Below, in pieces: positions 49,795-60,105 of a DNA stretch of 64,000 nt. The DNA is from Gemmatimonadales bacterium (GTDB lineage: Bacteria; Gemmatimonadota; Gemmatimonadetes; Gemmatimonadales; GWC2-71-9): assembly GCA_041613315.1 (NCBI GenBank), contig JBFJHJ010000005.1, forward strand, positions 32,001-96,000, read 5' to 3'. Under the pieces are notes generated by a model, which saw only the letters and a list, made by a program, of their open reading frames with translations, searched no databases and was not told where the DNA came from. A program made the translations under genes and the position numbers. Position 1 is the first letter of the stretch, and every line of letters starts with the position of its first letter.

Positions 49795-50652
49795 TCAGAT
49801 CACGACCACCGGCGTGAGGTCGTTGCGCCGCGCCTGAAACCGGGCTTCGGCCAGGTCCAGCGCCCGCCGCACCATGACCGCTTCCGGGTCGCGGTACTTG
49901 CTGTTGGGCTCGCAGCGCCCGGTGAACCGCCGCACCATCACGAGCGCTCGACTCACCTCGCAGTACTCGGGGTTGGCATCGGTGTGTCCTGCCGTGAGGA
50001 GGGAGCGGAAGAAGACCAGCGTCCCGGGATCGTCCAGCACGTAGAGCGACTCCAGGATCCGGGGGCTCAGGAAGGCCCGGAGGTGGAGGTCGCCGCGCAC
50101 CGCCTCGAACAACCCGACCAACCGAGCGGCGGCGCCGTGCTCCGGGTAGAACCGAGCCGCCTCGACGGCGGTCCCGACGAACGCGTGATGCGCCACGGGA
50201 GTGAGGTACCGGGCGAAGAGCGGCCACTCCCGCCGGGGATGCCGCTCGCCCAGCGCGAGGAACGCGAAGTAGCGGCGCGCGAGCGGTGCGTCCTGATCGG
50301 CCACGACGGTCCGCAAACCGGCGGCGCCGTAGCGCTGGGCCACGAGGGCCGCCGCGGTCGCGTGTTGCAGCCGCTCGATCTCGGGCAGGAGAAACGTGCG
50401 GACGTGCGTCGAGATCGTGGTCGCGTCCGCCGCGAGGAGCGGCAGCCGGTCGAGCAGCCGCAAGAGCAATCCATCGACTTCGTCCAGGGCGGGCTCCCAG
50501 CGCCGGACGTCGCGGCGACGCGCGCGGGCCACGGCCTCCCAACCAGCATCGGCCACGCCGTGGGCCGTCCACCGCGCTTCCAGCATCTGTGGGGTGCGCG
50601 CACGCAGCAGCGCCCGCAGGGCCTCGGCGAAGCGGTAGACCGGTTCGGGCAT
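49795..50652 (-). CDS. hypothetical alpha-helical protein
   Basis: 285-aa ORF; TACATT-N7-ATG leaderless signature. Confidence 0.65.
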   Translation of the reverse strand: MPEPVYRFAEALRALLRARTPQMLEARWTAHGVADAGWEAVARARRRDVRRWEPALDEVDGLLLRLLDRLPLLAADATTISTHVRTFLLPEIERLQHATAAALVAQRYGAAGLRTVVADQDAPLARRYFAFLALGERHPRREWPLFARYLTPVAHHAFVGTAVEAARFYPEHGAAARLVGLFEAVRGDLHLRAFLSPRILESLYVLDDPGTLVFFRSLLTAGHTDANPEYCEVSRALVMVRRFTGRCEPNSKYRDPEAVMVRRALDLAEARFQARRNDLTPVVVI

Positions 50653-50793
50653 ATCAACTAATGTATCGCCGGCACCGCGGTGGCGAGACCTCCCAGGCCC
50701 GACGTTGCGCGGACCCGGGTCAAGCTTTCAATTTGCGCGTGCTGCGCCGCGCGCCCGCGGCGTCGCCCTCTCGGTTCCCTCGGAGATGTCCGA

Positions 50794-51921
50794 GTGCGAC
50801 GACTACTTGAGCGCCTGAGCCCAGCCTTGGTAGCGCTCGCCCTCGCGGCATGCGGCGCGGGCGACACGCCGATCCGGATCGGGATCGCCGGCCCGTTCTC
50901 CCAGGAGCGCGGGGTCTCGATGCGGCTGGCGGCGGAGCTCGCCCTGCTCGAGATCAACCGTCAAGGTGGCGTGCGGGGCCGCCAACTCGAACTCGTCGTC
51001 AGCGACGATAGCGCGGACGCGAGCGTCGCCGTGCAGGTAGCGCGGACGCTATACGACAATCCCACCGTGGTGGCGGTGATCGGGCATCTCAACAGCGGGG
51101 CGACGATCGCCGCCGCGCCGGTCTACAACGGGGGCGAGCGTCCCCTGCCGGTCATTTCTCCCTCGGCGTCGAGCCCGCAGCTCACGAACGCGGGCCGCTA
51201 CTCGTTCCGCGTCTGTCCCGATGACCTCGTGCACGGCCGCCGCCTGGCGGATTGGGCCCGCAATCGGCTCGGCGCCCAACGCGCGGTGGTGATCTACGAA
51301 AACGACGAGTACGGCCGAGGAGTCCGCACCACCTTCGTAGACAGCTTTCGTGAGCTGGGGGGCGCGGCCGTCGCCCAAGACCCTTACGTCAACGGGATCC
51401 CGACGTTCGAACCCTACCTGCGCCGCGTTGCGCGGCGGGGCGGCGCCGACGTGCTGTTGATCGCCGGCACACGGAGCGGCGCCGAGCGGATTCTCGCGAC
51501 GCTCGATACGGTCGGCATCCGACCCGCGATCGTGGCCGGCGACGGCGTCTCGGGCATGGAGCGGACCGCCGCCGCGGCGGCGGAGGGCATGTTCATCTCG
51601 TCGGCCTACCTGCCGGATCAGCCGGATCCGCGCAACCGGGCGTTCGTGTCGGCGTATCGCCAGGCACACGACGGCCGGCTCCCGGACCACCGCGGCGCCG
51701 GCGCGTACGACATCGTGTACCTGCTGGCACGGGCGATCGAGGACGTGGGGCCGGACCGCGCCGCCATCCGCGAATACCTGGCCGGCGTGGGCACCACGCA
51801 GCCGGCGTTCGAGGGCGTGACCGGTACCATCGCGTTCGACGAGCACGGCGACGTTCCGAACAAGCGCGTGGTGATCGGGGTCGTGAACCAAGGCCGACTC
51901 GTGACGGCGCCCGGCCAGTGA
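50794..51921 (+). CDS. LivJ-type periplasmic substrate-binding lipoprotein
   Basis: LAAC lipobox, [40 protein letters not shown]. Confidence 0.9.
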   Translation: MRRLLERLSPALVALALAACGAGDTPIRIGIAGPFSQERGVSMRLAAELALLEINRQGGVRGRQLELVVSDDSADASVAVQVARTLYDNPTVVAVIGHLNSGATIAAAPVYNGGERPLPVISPSASSPQLTNAGRYSFRVCPDDLVHGRRLADWARNRLGAQRAVVIYENDEYGRGVRTTFVDSFRELGGAAVAQDPYVNGIPTFEPYLRRVARRGGADVLLIAGTRSGAERILATLDTVGIRPAIVAGDGVSGMERTAAAAAEGMFISSAYLPDQPDPRNRAFVSAYRQAHDGRLPDHRGAGAYDIVYLLARAIEDVGPDRAAIREYLAGVGTTQPAFEGVTGTIAFDEHGDVPNKRVVIGVVNQGRLVTAPGQ

Positions 51922-53621
51922 AGCTCCCGCGTGCGCTCAACACGATCCGGGTCCGCATCGCCGCGGGCCAGGCGGCGCTCATCATCGGCCTCATGCTCAT
52001 CGCGCTGATCGGCGTGGGCGCCCTCCGGACGGTCAGCGACACGGTGAACCGCGAGCTCGAGTCGCTCACGCGGGTCACCGATGCGAGCGGCGGCCTGGTG
52101 GTCTCGCTGTTCGACGAGATCCGGGCGGCGGAGCAGTACATGAGCGATCAGTCCGAGGCGTCCCAAGCCGCGTTCCGCGCCGCGGGCATCGCCTCCGACA
52201 CGTACGAGCAACGGTTGCGCAACTTCCCCGAGCTCGTGGGCACCGACCGGCTCCTCGTCGTCCGGATGGGCGCGCTCCAGTCAGAGGCCGAAGTCTGGTA
52301 TAGCGTCGCGCACGCGCAGCTGGATCTCGGGCGGCGAGGCGAGGCGATCGTGATGGCGGACGCCGCGCGCCAGCCGGCCGCCGAACTCATCCGGATGGTG
52401 CGGGACTTCTCGTCGGCCCAGCGCGCCCGCGCCGGCGCCACGGCGCGCCGGCTCGAGCAGACGGCCAATGAGCGCAAGCTCGTGGTCTGGACCGTGCTGG
52501 TGGCCTCGATCCTGGCCGGCGTCGCCATCGGCGCCGCCACGCTGCACACCGTCGAGCGGCCCCTGCGTCGCATCGAGGCGGCGGCCAAACGGTTCGCCGA
52601 AGGCGACCTGCGGCCGATCACCCTGGGCACGATGCCGCGCGAGCTCGAGGCGCTGGGCGACGCGATGACCCGCATCAGCACGAAGCTCCGGGCCCTCGTC
52701 TCCGACGTGGTCGCGGAATCGGAGAGCATCGCCTCGACGTCCAGCGACCTGTCCGCCATCAGCGAACAGCTCGCCGCGACCGCGGGCGAGATTACCACCG
52801 CGATGGTCGAGATCTCGGGGAGCGCCGAACGCCAGGTGACCGGGCTGCGCCAGAGCGGCGACACGGTAGACAAGCTGAAGAGCACCGCGGAACGCAACGA
52901 GGCGACGTCGGAGCGCGTGGTGGCGCTCGGAGGAGACATCCACCGCCTCGCCGGCCGCAACCAGAAGGACGTGGCCGCCGCCGCGAGCGCGCTGCTCGAC
53001 CTCGGCGAGGTCGTCCACACCAGCGCCAAGCAGGTCGAGGGACTCGATAAGCTGTCGGAAGCGGTCTACGAGTTTGTCGAGCTCATCAAGACCATCTCCT
53101 CGCAAACGAACCTCCTGGCGTTGAATGCCGCCATCGAGGCCGCCCGCGCGGGCGAGCGGGGGGTGGGCTTCGCCGTGGTGGCCGAGGAGGTCCGGCAGCT
53201 CGCCGACTCGAGCGCCCGCGCCGCCGAAGACGTGACCCGGACCCTCCAGGGCGTGCGCGCCCAAGTGTCGGAAGTGACCAATACGATGGCCACCGGCCGG
53301 TCGAAGGTGCGGGGTGTCGAGGCGGTGGCTCAGGGTGCGGCCCGGGCGCTCGAAGACATCGTCCGCGCCGTGGGAGAGATCGAAACCGCAGCGAAGGGCG
53401 TCGCCAAAGAAGCGCGCGAGAACTTACAGGCGGCGGAGCACATCAAGGGCGAGCTGGAGCGCGCGAGGGAGGCCGCGCAATCCCATGCCTCGTCAAGCGA
53501 GGGAGTGACGGCGGCCGCCGAGGAGCAGGGAGCATCGACCGAACAGATGGCGGCCCAGGCCAGCCACCTGAGCGAGGCAGCCGAGCGCCTCCGCTCGTTG
53601 GTGCAGGGGTTCCGGATCTAG
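51918..53621 (+). CDS. methyl-accepting chemotaxis protein
   Basis: Two TM helices, [38 protein letters not shown]. Confidence 0.95.
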   Translation: MKLPRALNTIRVRIAAGQAALIIGLMLIALIGVGALRTVSDTVNRELESLTRVTDASGGLVVSLFDEIRAAEQYMSDQSEASQAAFRAAGIASDTYEQRLRNFPELVGTDRLLVVRMGALQSEAEVWYSVAHAQLDLGRRGEAIVMADAARQPAAELIRMVRDFSSAQRARAGATARRLEQTANERKLVVWTVLVASILAGVAIGAATLHTVERPLRRIEAAAKRFAEGDLRPITLGTMPRELEALGDAMTRISTKLRALVSDVVAESESIASTSSDLSAISEQLAATAGEITTAMVEISGSAERQVTGLRQSGDTVDKLKSTAERNEATSERVVALGGDIHRLAGRNQKDVAAAASALLDLGEVVHTSAKQVEGLDKLSEAVYEFVELIKTISSQTNLLALNAAIEAARAGERGVGFAVVAEEVRQLADSSARAAEDVTRTLQGVRAQVSEVTNTMATGRSKVRGVEAVAQGAARALEDIVRAVGEIETAAKGVAKEARENLQAAEHIKGELERAREAAQSHASSSEGVTAAAEEQGASTEQMAAQASHLSEAAERLRSLVQGFRI

Positions 53622-54010
53622 CGCCGCTTCTTCGCGGCCTTCTGGCGCGAGCGCTTGACCGCCTTGCCCGCGCGCTTGGCAGGGGTCCGGCTCTTCGATC
53701 CGCCGCTACGCCGAGCCGCCGCCCGCGGACGCCCTCCCCGCTTCCCCGCCGCCTTGGCGCGCTTGCGACCCTTGCCCGCCGGCCGGATCTCCACGAGGAG
53801 CTGGTCCCCTTCGTCGCCGCTGATGAGCCCCCGCCGCACGGCATACTGGACCAGCTCGCTGGCCTCGTCCGGGTTGAACGGACCCACCCCTGCGCCCGCA
53901 CGGATCATATTGACCAGCGCGTCCGCGACCGGACTGCGCAGCACACTCGCGATCCCCGGGACCGACTCGAGCAAGGCGGAGATCTGCGAGCCGCCAAGCT
54001 GGGGCGCCAT
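53618..54010 (-). CDS. hypothetical protein with basic K/R/A-rich tail
   Basis: SD GAAGGAG; small helical domain plus histone-H1-like tail. Confidence 0.7.
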   Translation of the reverse strand: MAPQLGGSQISALLESVPGIASVLRSPVADALVNMIRAGAGVGPFNPDEASELVQYAVRRGLISGDEGDQLLVEIRPAGKGRKRAKAAGKRGGRPRAAARRSGGSKSRTPAKRAGKAVKRSRQKAAKKRR

Positions 54011-54151
54011 GGGGGCTCCTTCGGGAGAACTGGAGCGGCAAGCTAGCGTCAACCCGGACGCACGTCAAGCGCCTTCCGGGGGGGTGGGAAACAGTCTAAG
54101 TCGCTTTATCAGAAGGGGTTATGATCCTGAACCGCCGTCCCGGCCCCCTGG

Positions 54152-54427
54152 CTAGCCGACCGTCTTGCGGCGCCGGCCGGGCGGCTGGGTCCGCAACGGC
54201 GCGTGCGCCCGCCGGGACACCCGCCACTCGGACTGCGACAGGAGTTCGGCCAGCACCGTCCGGGTGCGGCGGTCCACCGGGATGTCGAGGTGCATCTCCA
54301 GCCGGTAATCGCCGCCATCCTGCCCGCGGCCCTCCAGCACGAATCCGGATCGTCCGGGACGCACCGCGTCGACCTCTACGTCCGCGACGGTCACGAATTG
54401 GTCGTCCGGCGGCGCTGGGGAGGTCAT
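54152..54427 (-). CDS. hypothetical protein
   Basis: 91-aa ORF with GGAG SD. Confidence 0.6.
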   Translation of the reverse strand: MTSPAPPDDQFVTVADVEVDAVRPGRSGFVLEGRGQDGGDYRLEMHLDIPVDRRTRTVLAELLSQSEWRVSRRAHAPLRTQPPGRRRKTVG

Positions 54428-54561
54428 GTGAGGCTCCAAGCAAGGGGAGGTAACGGGAGAGTGCCCCAGGCGCGGCCGGCCGTCAAGGGCCGTGGCCGCG
54501 TTTGCGAGCAACCCCGGCAACCGGCTACATTTCCTTTGCCTTGAGTGGGAGTGGAACTGCC

Positions 54562-54816
54562 GTGGGACGCCGAGGTGTCAAGGAGTATCGGGCCGCTGAG
54601 GCCCTTCAGCTCATCCTAGCCGATCGTGACCGTGAGCCACTGTTGTGCCCGTCCTGCGGACACAAGGCCATCGCGCGCACGCCCAGGCGTCGGATCCCGA
54701 AGAACCGCTGGGAAACGCATCGCCGCGTGACGCTTCGGTGCGGAAAGTGCGGCCGGCAGGCCGTCTATGTGCCGCGCAACGTGACACAGCCCTCTCACAC
54801 CGAGTTGATTAGCTAG
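54562..54816 (+). CDS. small zinc-ribbon protein
   Basis: CPSC..CGKC; directly upstream of infA. Confidence 0.55.
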   Translation: MGRRGVKEYRAAEALQLILADRDREPLLCPSCGHKAIARTPRRRIPKNRWETHRRVTLRCGKCGRQAVYVPRNVTQPSHTELIS

Positions 54817-54830
54817 CTGGGGCACGTCCG

Positions 54831-55046
54831 GTGAGCGGCGACGGGATTCAGCTGACGGGGACGGTGAAGGACGTGCTGCCGAACACCACGTTCCGGGTCG
54901 AGCTGGAAAACGGACACGAGGTCCTCGCCTACGTGTCCGGCAAGATGCGCAAGAACTACATCCGGATCCTGGCGGGCGACCGTGTCGCGGTGGACTTGTC
55001 CCCCTACGACCTCGCGCGCGGCCGCATCATCTACCGCTACCCGTAA
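54831..55046 (+). CDS. infA: translation initiation factor IF-1
   Basis: [47 protein letters not shown]. Confidence 0.96.
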   Translation: MSGDGIQLTGTVKDVLPNTTFRVELENGHEVLAYVSGKMRKNYIRILAGDRVAVDLSPYDLARGRIIYRYP

Positions 55047-55072
55047 ACGACGACGCGCGGTCCCCCCCCCGG

Positions 55073-55528
55073 TCAGCGAGCCACGGGGAGCGTCCACCGC
55101 TCGACCACGGTGTCGAGCGCCAAGTCCGCCAGGGCCACGCAGCCGGCCGCCATCGCCGCGTCGAGGTGCGCGGCCAGCCGATCCGGCCGGGCGAGCCGCA
55201 GCTTCACCAGATATCCCCCGTCACCACTCACCCGGTGGCACTCCAGCACCTCGGGGGCCGCCTGCCAGGCCTTCTCCAGCCGCCGCACATTGGTCGCCGG
55301 ACCCGGCCGGACGCGGAGCATGGCGACCACGCCGTAGCCGGCGCGCGCGGGATCGAGCCGGGCGTGGTACCCCACGACGACCCCCGCCGCCTCGAGCTTC
55401 TTTACCCGCTGATACGTCGCGGGGGCGCTGAGCCCGACCGCCTCGGCCAGCTCTTGATAGCCCAGCCGGGCGTCGTCCTGGAGCAGTGCCAGCAGGCGCC
55501 GATCCGTCGCGTCAAGACTCGAGGGCAT
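55073..55528 (-). CDS. Lrp/AsnC family regulator
   Basis: LDATDRRLLALLQDDAR..ELAEAVGLS..RVKKLE; ECHRVSG. Confidence 0.92.
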   Translation of the reverse strand: MPSSLDATDRRLLALLQDDARLGYQELAEAVGLSAPATYQRVKKLEAAGVVVGYHARLDPARAGYGVVAMLRVRPGPATNVRRLEKAWQAAPEVLECHRVSGDGGYLVKLRLARPDRLAAHLDAAMAAGCVALADLALDTVVERWTLPVAR

Positions 55529-55614
55529 ATACCTACGGTTGCGCGGCAATTGGTTATTTTGCAGATACGATCATTGACAAAATACCATTTCCCAGTCAAA
55601 CGGCAACACCCGCA

Positions 55615-55650
55615 AGAAAAACCGTCCTCCGCGCTGAGCGTGGAGGACGG
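55615..55650 (-). terminator. intrinsic terminator of lepB
   Basis: 13-bp stem CCGTCCTCCACGC/GCGCGGAGGACGG followed by TTTTTC on the minus strand. Confidence 0.75.
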
Positions 55651-55679
55651 GAAGCGACGCCAGACGGCGGGGGGGTCTC

Positions 55680-56432
55680 CTACCGTGGGCGCGAGAAGAT
55701 CCGACCCCATCGCACGTTGGTGAAGAACGGCAGGGGTAAGAGCCCCCCTTTGTCGTAGCTGTAGTAGATGAACAACGGACGGCCGTCGATCCGATTGCGG
55801 CCGAGGAAGCCCCAGTAACGGCTATCGTAGGAGTTGTCCCGGTTGTCCCCCATCACGAAAAAGGAGTCCGCCGGCATGGCCAGCGGCCCCCAGTTCTTGA
55901 GCGTCGGGCGGTAGGTGCGAGCATCGCGATCCACCAGGTACCGGGCCTGCCAGGCGCGCATGCGCGGGTCCTCGGGATCATCGCTCGCGGGCCCACGGAT
56001 CGCATACGGCTCGTCCAGCGCCGCCCCGTTCAAGTACAGCACGTTGTCGAGCATGGCGATGGTGTCACCCGGCATCCCGACGACCCGCTTCACGACGTTG
56101 ACGCCGGGCTCCTCCGGCGAATCGAACACGACGATGTCGAAGCGCTCCGGATCCCGCAGTGCCGGGAGCCGCTTGTTCACGATGGGGACCTCCGCCCCGT
56201 ACAGCGCCTTGTTGACGAATAGGAAGTCCCCGATGAGCAGCGTGTTCTCCATGCTCCCCGACGGGATGCGAAACGCCTCCACCAAGAGCGCACGCAAGAA
56301 GAACCAAATCAGCAACGCAATCACGATGCTCTTGATCCACTCGCGGGCGGTGTGCCCGGACTTGACCGCCACCCCATTGCGCCCTGCCGCCGCCGCCGCG
56401 CCCGCCGTTGCCTGCGTCTGTTCTCTGCTCAC
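55680..56432 (-). CDS. lepB: signal peptidase I
   Basis: IPSGSMENTL..GD, VKRVVGMPGD, GDNRDNSYDSRYWG. Confidence 0.95.
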   Translation of the reverse strand: MSREQTQATAGAAAAAGRNGVAVKSGHTAREWIKSIVIALLIWFFLRALLVEAFRIPSGSMENTLLIGDFLFVNKALYGAEVPIVNKRLPALRDPERFDIVVFDSPEEPGVNVVKRVVGMPGDTIAMLDNVLYLNGAALDEPYAIRGPASDDPEDPRMRAWQARYLVDRDARTYRPTLKNWGPLAMPADSFFVMGDNRDNSYDSRYWGFLGRNRIDGRPLFIYYSYDKGGLLPLPFFTNVRWGRIFSRPR

Positions 56433-56635
56433 TGCGTCGCTCCGCCTCCCGGTTCCGTCGCTTCCCGCCGGCGGCACCCCGCCGCCGGCGCACCGACGGT
56501 TAAGTATAACCCCTTGATCGCCAGGAAGTTACCGGGGTGGCGCCGCGTCTCACCACCGACCTGTGACGTGCGCCGTCCCGTCGCGGCCACGGCAGGTCCT
56601 ATATTCGGTCAGGACAAGCGACTAGGCAGGTCCGC

Positions 56636-56950
56636 ATGATCGGGTCGAAGCACACGAGCAGGCAGCCGCCGCTCGACGAACTGGGGAAACTGTGCTACGA
56701 AGGGCAGCAAGTGGCACAGTACCTGTTTCAGGTCCCGGACGACGAGTCGCAGTGGGAGCGGCTCGCGGGGATCGTGACGCGGCTGATCGAACACGTGAAG
56801 CCGAGTAAGCACCAGGAGATGGCGCGGATCGCTGCCGCCGTTCAGCAGGTCCTCGCGGGTCCCCATTCGATGCAGGCCGCCGACCAGCTCCAGGCGGATT
56901 TCGACCGTCTCGTCAAGCTGTGGCAGTTGTCCAAGAGCGGCCTCTTCTGA
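56636..56950 (+). CDS. hypothetical helical protein
   Basis: 104-aa ORF in the gap with typical codon usage. Confidence 0.6.
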   Translation: MIGSKHTSRQPPLDELGKLCYEGQQVAQYLFQVPDDESQWERLAGIVTRLIEHVKPSKHQEMARIAAAVQQVLAGPHSMQAADQLQADFDRLVKLWQLSKSGLF

Positions 56951-57036
56951 GACCGCTCAGTCCCGGCGGGCTGGCTTTCACGGCCTAGGCCCACCTCGCT
57001 CGGCTCCCACCCGGCGCAGCCGGTTCGTCGCACCAG

Positions 57037-58338
57037 CTAGAAGAAGAAGCCGATATCCACGCGGCCTGCCGCGCCCTTCGCGTTGCGCAGCATGCCGCCC
57101 AGCGACGCGCCAGCCACTTGCAGATACAGGTTCCGCGTCTCGAAGGCGATGCCCCCGGAGTAGCCGAAGCCCTGGTGACCGCCCAGGATGACGCCGGCCC
57201 GCAGGGGCACCGACGTCAGGATCCGCCACGTGGACCCGAGGTCCATGACCAGCGGAGAAGGGAACTCGCCCGAAACCGGCAAGGTCACGCTGGCATCGAG
57301 CTGAAGCACGCGGTTTGCCCACCCGCTCGCGCCGAACCGCACGATGCGCGGCAGCGTCAGGTCGGCGGACCCGGTGCCGGCGGGCGCGAAGGCCGCCGCC
57401 TGCAGCGAATCGCTCACTTCTTTCAGGTTCGTCGTCTGAACGTTGAAGCTCAGTGTCTCGAGCTGGACATTGTCGACCGTCACCTGCCCCAGGTTGGACA
57501 CCAAGGCCTCGAAAGCGAACCCGGAGGTCGGCCACTCGAGCCGTACGAGGAGGTCCGCCGCGATCCCGCTCCCCGTCGGGCTGGTCAACAGATCGAACCC
57601 GGTCAGGCCCGATGTGGGCGTGAAGGCCTTCGCCACCTGGACGTTCGCCACCACGGTGGTGTCGGTGACGACGACCCGGCTGTCGATGAGCGTGCTGCCC
57701 TGCGCAAAGTAGTACGGCCGGATCCAGCGGCCACCGAAGCCCAGCATCACCTCGGCGCCGTCGTCGCTCCCCAGCGGGCCGAGGCGGATCATGGCGTGGG
57801 CGCCCGCTTCCACGGTCGCCAGCGCCGAGCCGCCGGAATTGCCCAGCGCAAACTGCTGGATCGCGCTGTTACCGTCGCGCAGCAGCGCCACGGCGCCATC
57901 GTCTAACTGGAACGCGCCGTACCCCCGGCTTTGGAGGGACACGCCGATGCTGAGGTGCCGCCCGAACGGACCGCCCAGGTACAGCCCCCCTTCTCCCTGG
58001 CCGATCCCGCCCGCGCCGCGGCCCCGGGGCACGAGCGTCAGCGCATCCAGCACGTCCCCCAGCAGCAGTCCGTCAGGGTTGTTGAGCGAGTCGCTGAGGA
58101 ACACCAGCGCCCCGATATCGCTCATGTTCAGCGTATTGTTCTCCGCGGTCACGCCGGCGGACACCACGAACCCCCACCGCGGGATGAACACGTGGCGGAA
58201 CGGATCGACGCGGAACTGCGGCGTGCGGCGGTAACCCGGGGGCACCCGGGTCGCCTGTGAGCCCTCCGGCACGGCCTGAGCCGTCAGGGGGCCCGCGGCG
58301 AACCCTAAGGCGCAGAGCATCACGATCAAGCGCTTCAC
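57037..58338 (-). CDS. outer-membrane beta-barrel protein
   Basis: Signal peptide, amphipathic strands, PLRAG, terminal GFFF. Confidence 0.7.
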   Translation of the reverse strand: MKRLIVMLCALGFAAGPLTAQAVPEGSQATRVPPGYRRTPQFRVDPFRHVFIPRWGFVVSAGVTAENNTLNMSDIGALVFLSDSLNNPDGLLLGDVLDALTLVPRGRGAGGIGQGEGGLYLGGPFGRHLSIGVSLQSRGYGAFQLDDGAVALLRDGNSAIQQFALGNSGGSALATVEAGAHAMIRLGPLGSDDGAEVMLGFGGRWIRPYYFAQGSTLIDSRVVVTDTTVVANVQVAKAFTPTSGLTGFDLLTSPTGSGIAADLLVRLEWPTSGFAFEALVSNLGQVTVDNVQLETLSFNVQTTNLKEVSDSLQAAAFAPAGTGSADLTLPRIVRFGASGWANRVLQLDASVTLPVSGEFPSPLVMDLGSTWRILTSVPLRAGVILGGHQGFGYSGGIAFETRNLYLQVAGASLGGMLRNAKGAAGRVDIGFFF

Positions 58339-59567
58339 GGTTGACCTCCCGTACGAACCTCGATGCGCACACTGGCCAGGATCCCGATCAGATCGGTCGC
58401 GGCCACGGCGCCCCGACTTCCGGCAGCCACGTCCGGTAGCAGCCGGACCCGCAGACCCGCGGTGAACTGCGACCCCAGGAGACCGCGGACCTGCGCACCC
58501 GTCACCTCTGCCGACACGGTATCCGCCACCGACTGCGTGGCACGACCCGACGCGTCTACCGGTGGCCGATCGACCGTGAGGCGGCTCAGCACGACCGCGT
58601 CGGGCAGGCTGAAGATGTCGGTCAGGTCGCCGCGATCGCCCGGCGCGTATGCGATATCGATCTCGACCCCGAACGGCACCTGACTGACGACCCGGGAGCT
58701 GATCGCGGCGCGGACGAGCCGGTCCACGATCTGGTCGGCGTCGGTCGAATCGATCGCGAGCCCAGACTCGAGGCGGTTCACCTGTAACACGACGCCGGTG
58801 TCCGGCACGGTCAGGTCGAGCAGGATCACGGGGATCGCCTCGAAGTCGAGCACGTCGCTCAGGGTCACGTCCGTCGGCGAGCCGCCGGCGAGGGACACCG
58901 TGCCCTCGGCCACCACCGCCGTGGCGCGCCCATCCAGCAACATGTGCACCAACCGATCGGCAAACACTGCTGCCGGGAGCGACACCGTGGTGCTTGCGGC
59001 GGCCGGCACCGTCAGGGTCGCCTGGCCGGGATCCACGACCGGCACGAGTATGGGGCTCCCGCCGGCGTCGGTCTGATACTGGGGCCGCCCGAAGACGTCC
59101 CGCGGGATGTTGCCCATCGCGTCGAGCTCGACGATCCCGATCGTGCCGTTGGACACCTCGACCGGCGCCGCCGCGCTATTGGTAGCCGCCAGGCCGATCA
59201 CGGCCGCGTTGAGCGTGGAGCCCCGGATCACGTCTTCCAGATCGTCGAGCTCGAGCGCCGTCGGAGGGATCTGCGTCGACTCCTCGAACGTGACGGGCGC
59301 CACTTGCAGTCCTGCGAGGGCAATGGCGAACCGCTCCGCGTCCATCTTCGCGGCAACGAGGCCCGAGACCACCGTGTCGCGTCCGGTGCCGAACATCATC
59401 CGCGGCTCGAGCGTGTCTTGCGTCACGGGGGCGATGAGCACCAACGTCCGATCCGGCCCGCGGCCCAACTGGTCGCGCGCCTCCGTGATCGTCGCGGGCT
59501 CGCACCCCCACATGGCGAGCGTCGCGCCCGCCAGACCGAGCATTGTGAGCGTTCTCACAAGAGCCAC
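58335..59567 (-). CDS. hypothetical beta-rich lipoprotein
   Basis: SD GGGAGG, lipobox AMWGC, overlaps the barrel gene start. Confidence 0.65.
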   Translation of the reverse strand: MALVRTLTMLGLAGATLAMWGCEPATITEARDQLGRGPDRTLVLIAPVTQDTLEPRMMFGTGRDTVVSGLVAAKMDAERFAIALAGLQVAPVTFEESTQIPPTALELDDLEDVIRGSTLNAAVIGLAATNSAAAPVEVSNGTIGIVELDAMGNIPRDVFGRPQYQTDAGGSPILVPVVDPGQATLTVPAAASTTVSLPAAVFADRLVHMLLDGRATAVVAEGTVSLAGGSPTDVTLSDVLDFEAIPVILLDLTVPDTGVVLQVNRLESGLAIDSTDADQIVDRLVRAAISSRVVSQVPFGVEIDIAYAPGDRGDLTDIFSLPDAVVLSRLTVDRPPVDASGRATQSVADTVSAEVTGAQVRGLLGSQFTAGLRVRLLPDVAAGSRGAVAATDLIGILASVRIEVRTGGQP

Positions 59568-59722
59568 TGCTACCTCCCGGAAGGCGTCCAACCTTGTAGA
59601 AAAGCTCCTGCCGAGCAATGGGTTACGTCACACTCCGAATGCGATCCGGGACACGGACGATACGAGCGCGTAGATGCCGGGGGAGGAACGGATCGTCACG
59701 GGGAGATGTTATGATTCATGCC

Positions 59723-60049
59723 ATGACCGGGCGCCGCCCATTCCTCGCCCTGGCCGCCCTCGCCGCCCTGTCGGCGGCGCAGCCGGCGGTATCGTGCGTG
59801 CTCGCCTGCGTCTTCCGCGTACACGCCGCCCCACCGGCGCACGAGCTTCACACGCCGGCCCATCAACCGTGCCACAGCGGCAGCGTGACGGCTTCCTCCG
59901 TAACGCCGGTCGGGGTTCTGGGCCCGATGACGGCGCCGGTCCCGGACCTCGAGGTCGCCACGGTCGTGTCCGTGGAGCAGCTCCCCACCCAGGTCCCGAT
60001 GCCCGCTACGACCTTCCCCGAGCAGCGCGAGCCGCCTCCGCGCGTCTGA
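59723..60049 (+). CDS. CutF/DUF2946-like putative metal-sensing leader protein
   Basis: Signal peptide, CVLAC, HELH..HQPCH, C-terminal EQREPPPRV. Confidence 0.65.
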   Translation: MTGRRPFLALAALAALSAAQPAVSCVLACVFRVHAAPPAHELHTPAHQPCHSGSVTASSVTPVGVLGPMTAPVPDLEVATVVSVEQLPTQVPMPATTFPEQREPPPRV

Positions 60050-60105
60050 GCGTCACCCGCACGGTCGGGTTCATGACCGACTCCCGCTCAGAACCAAGGA
60101 GGCAC

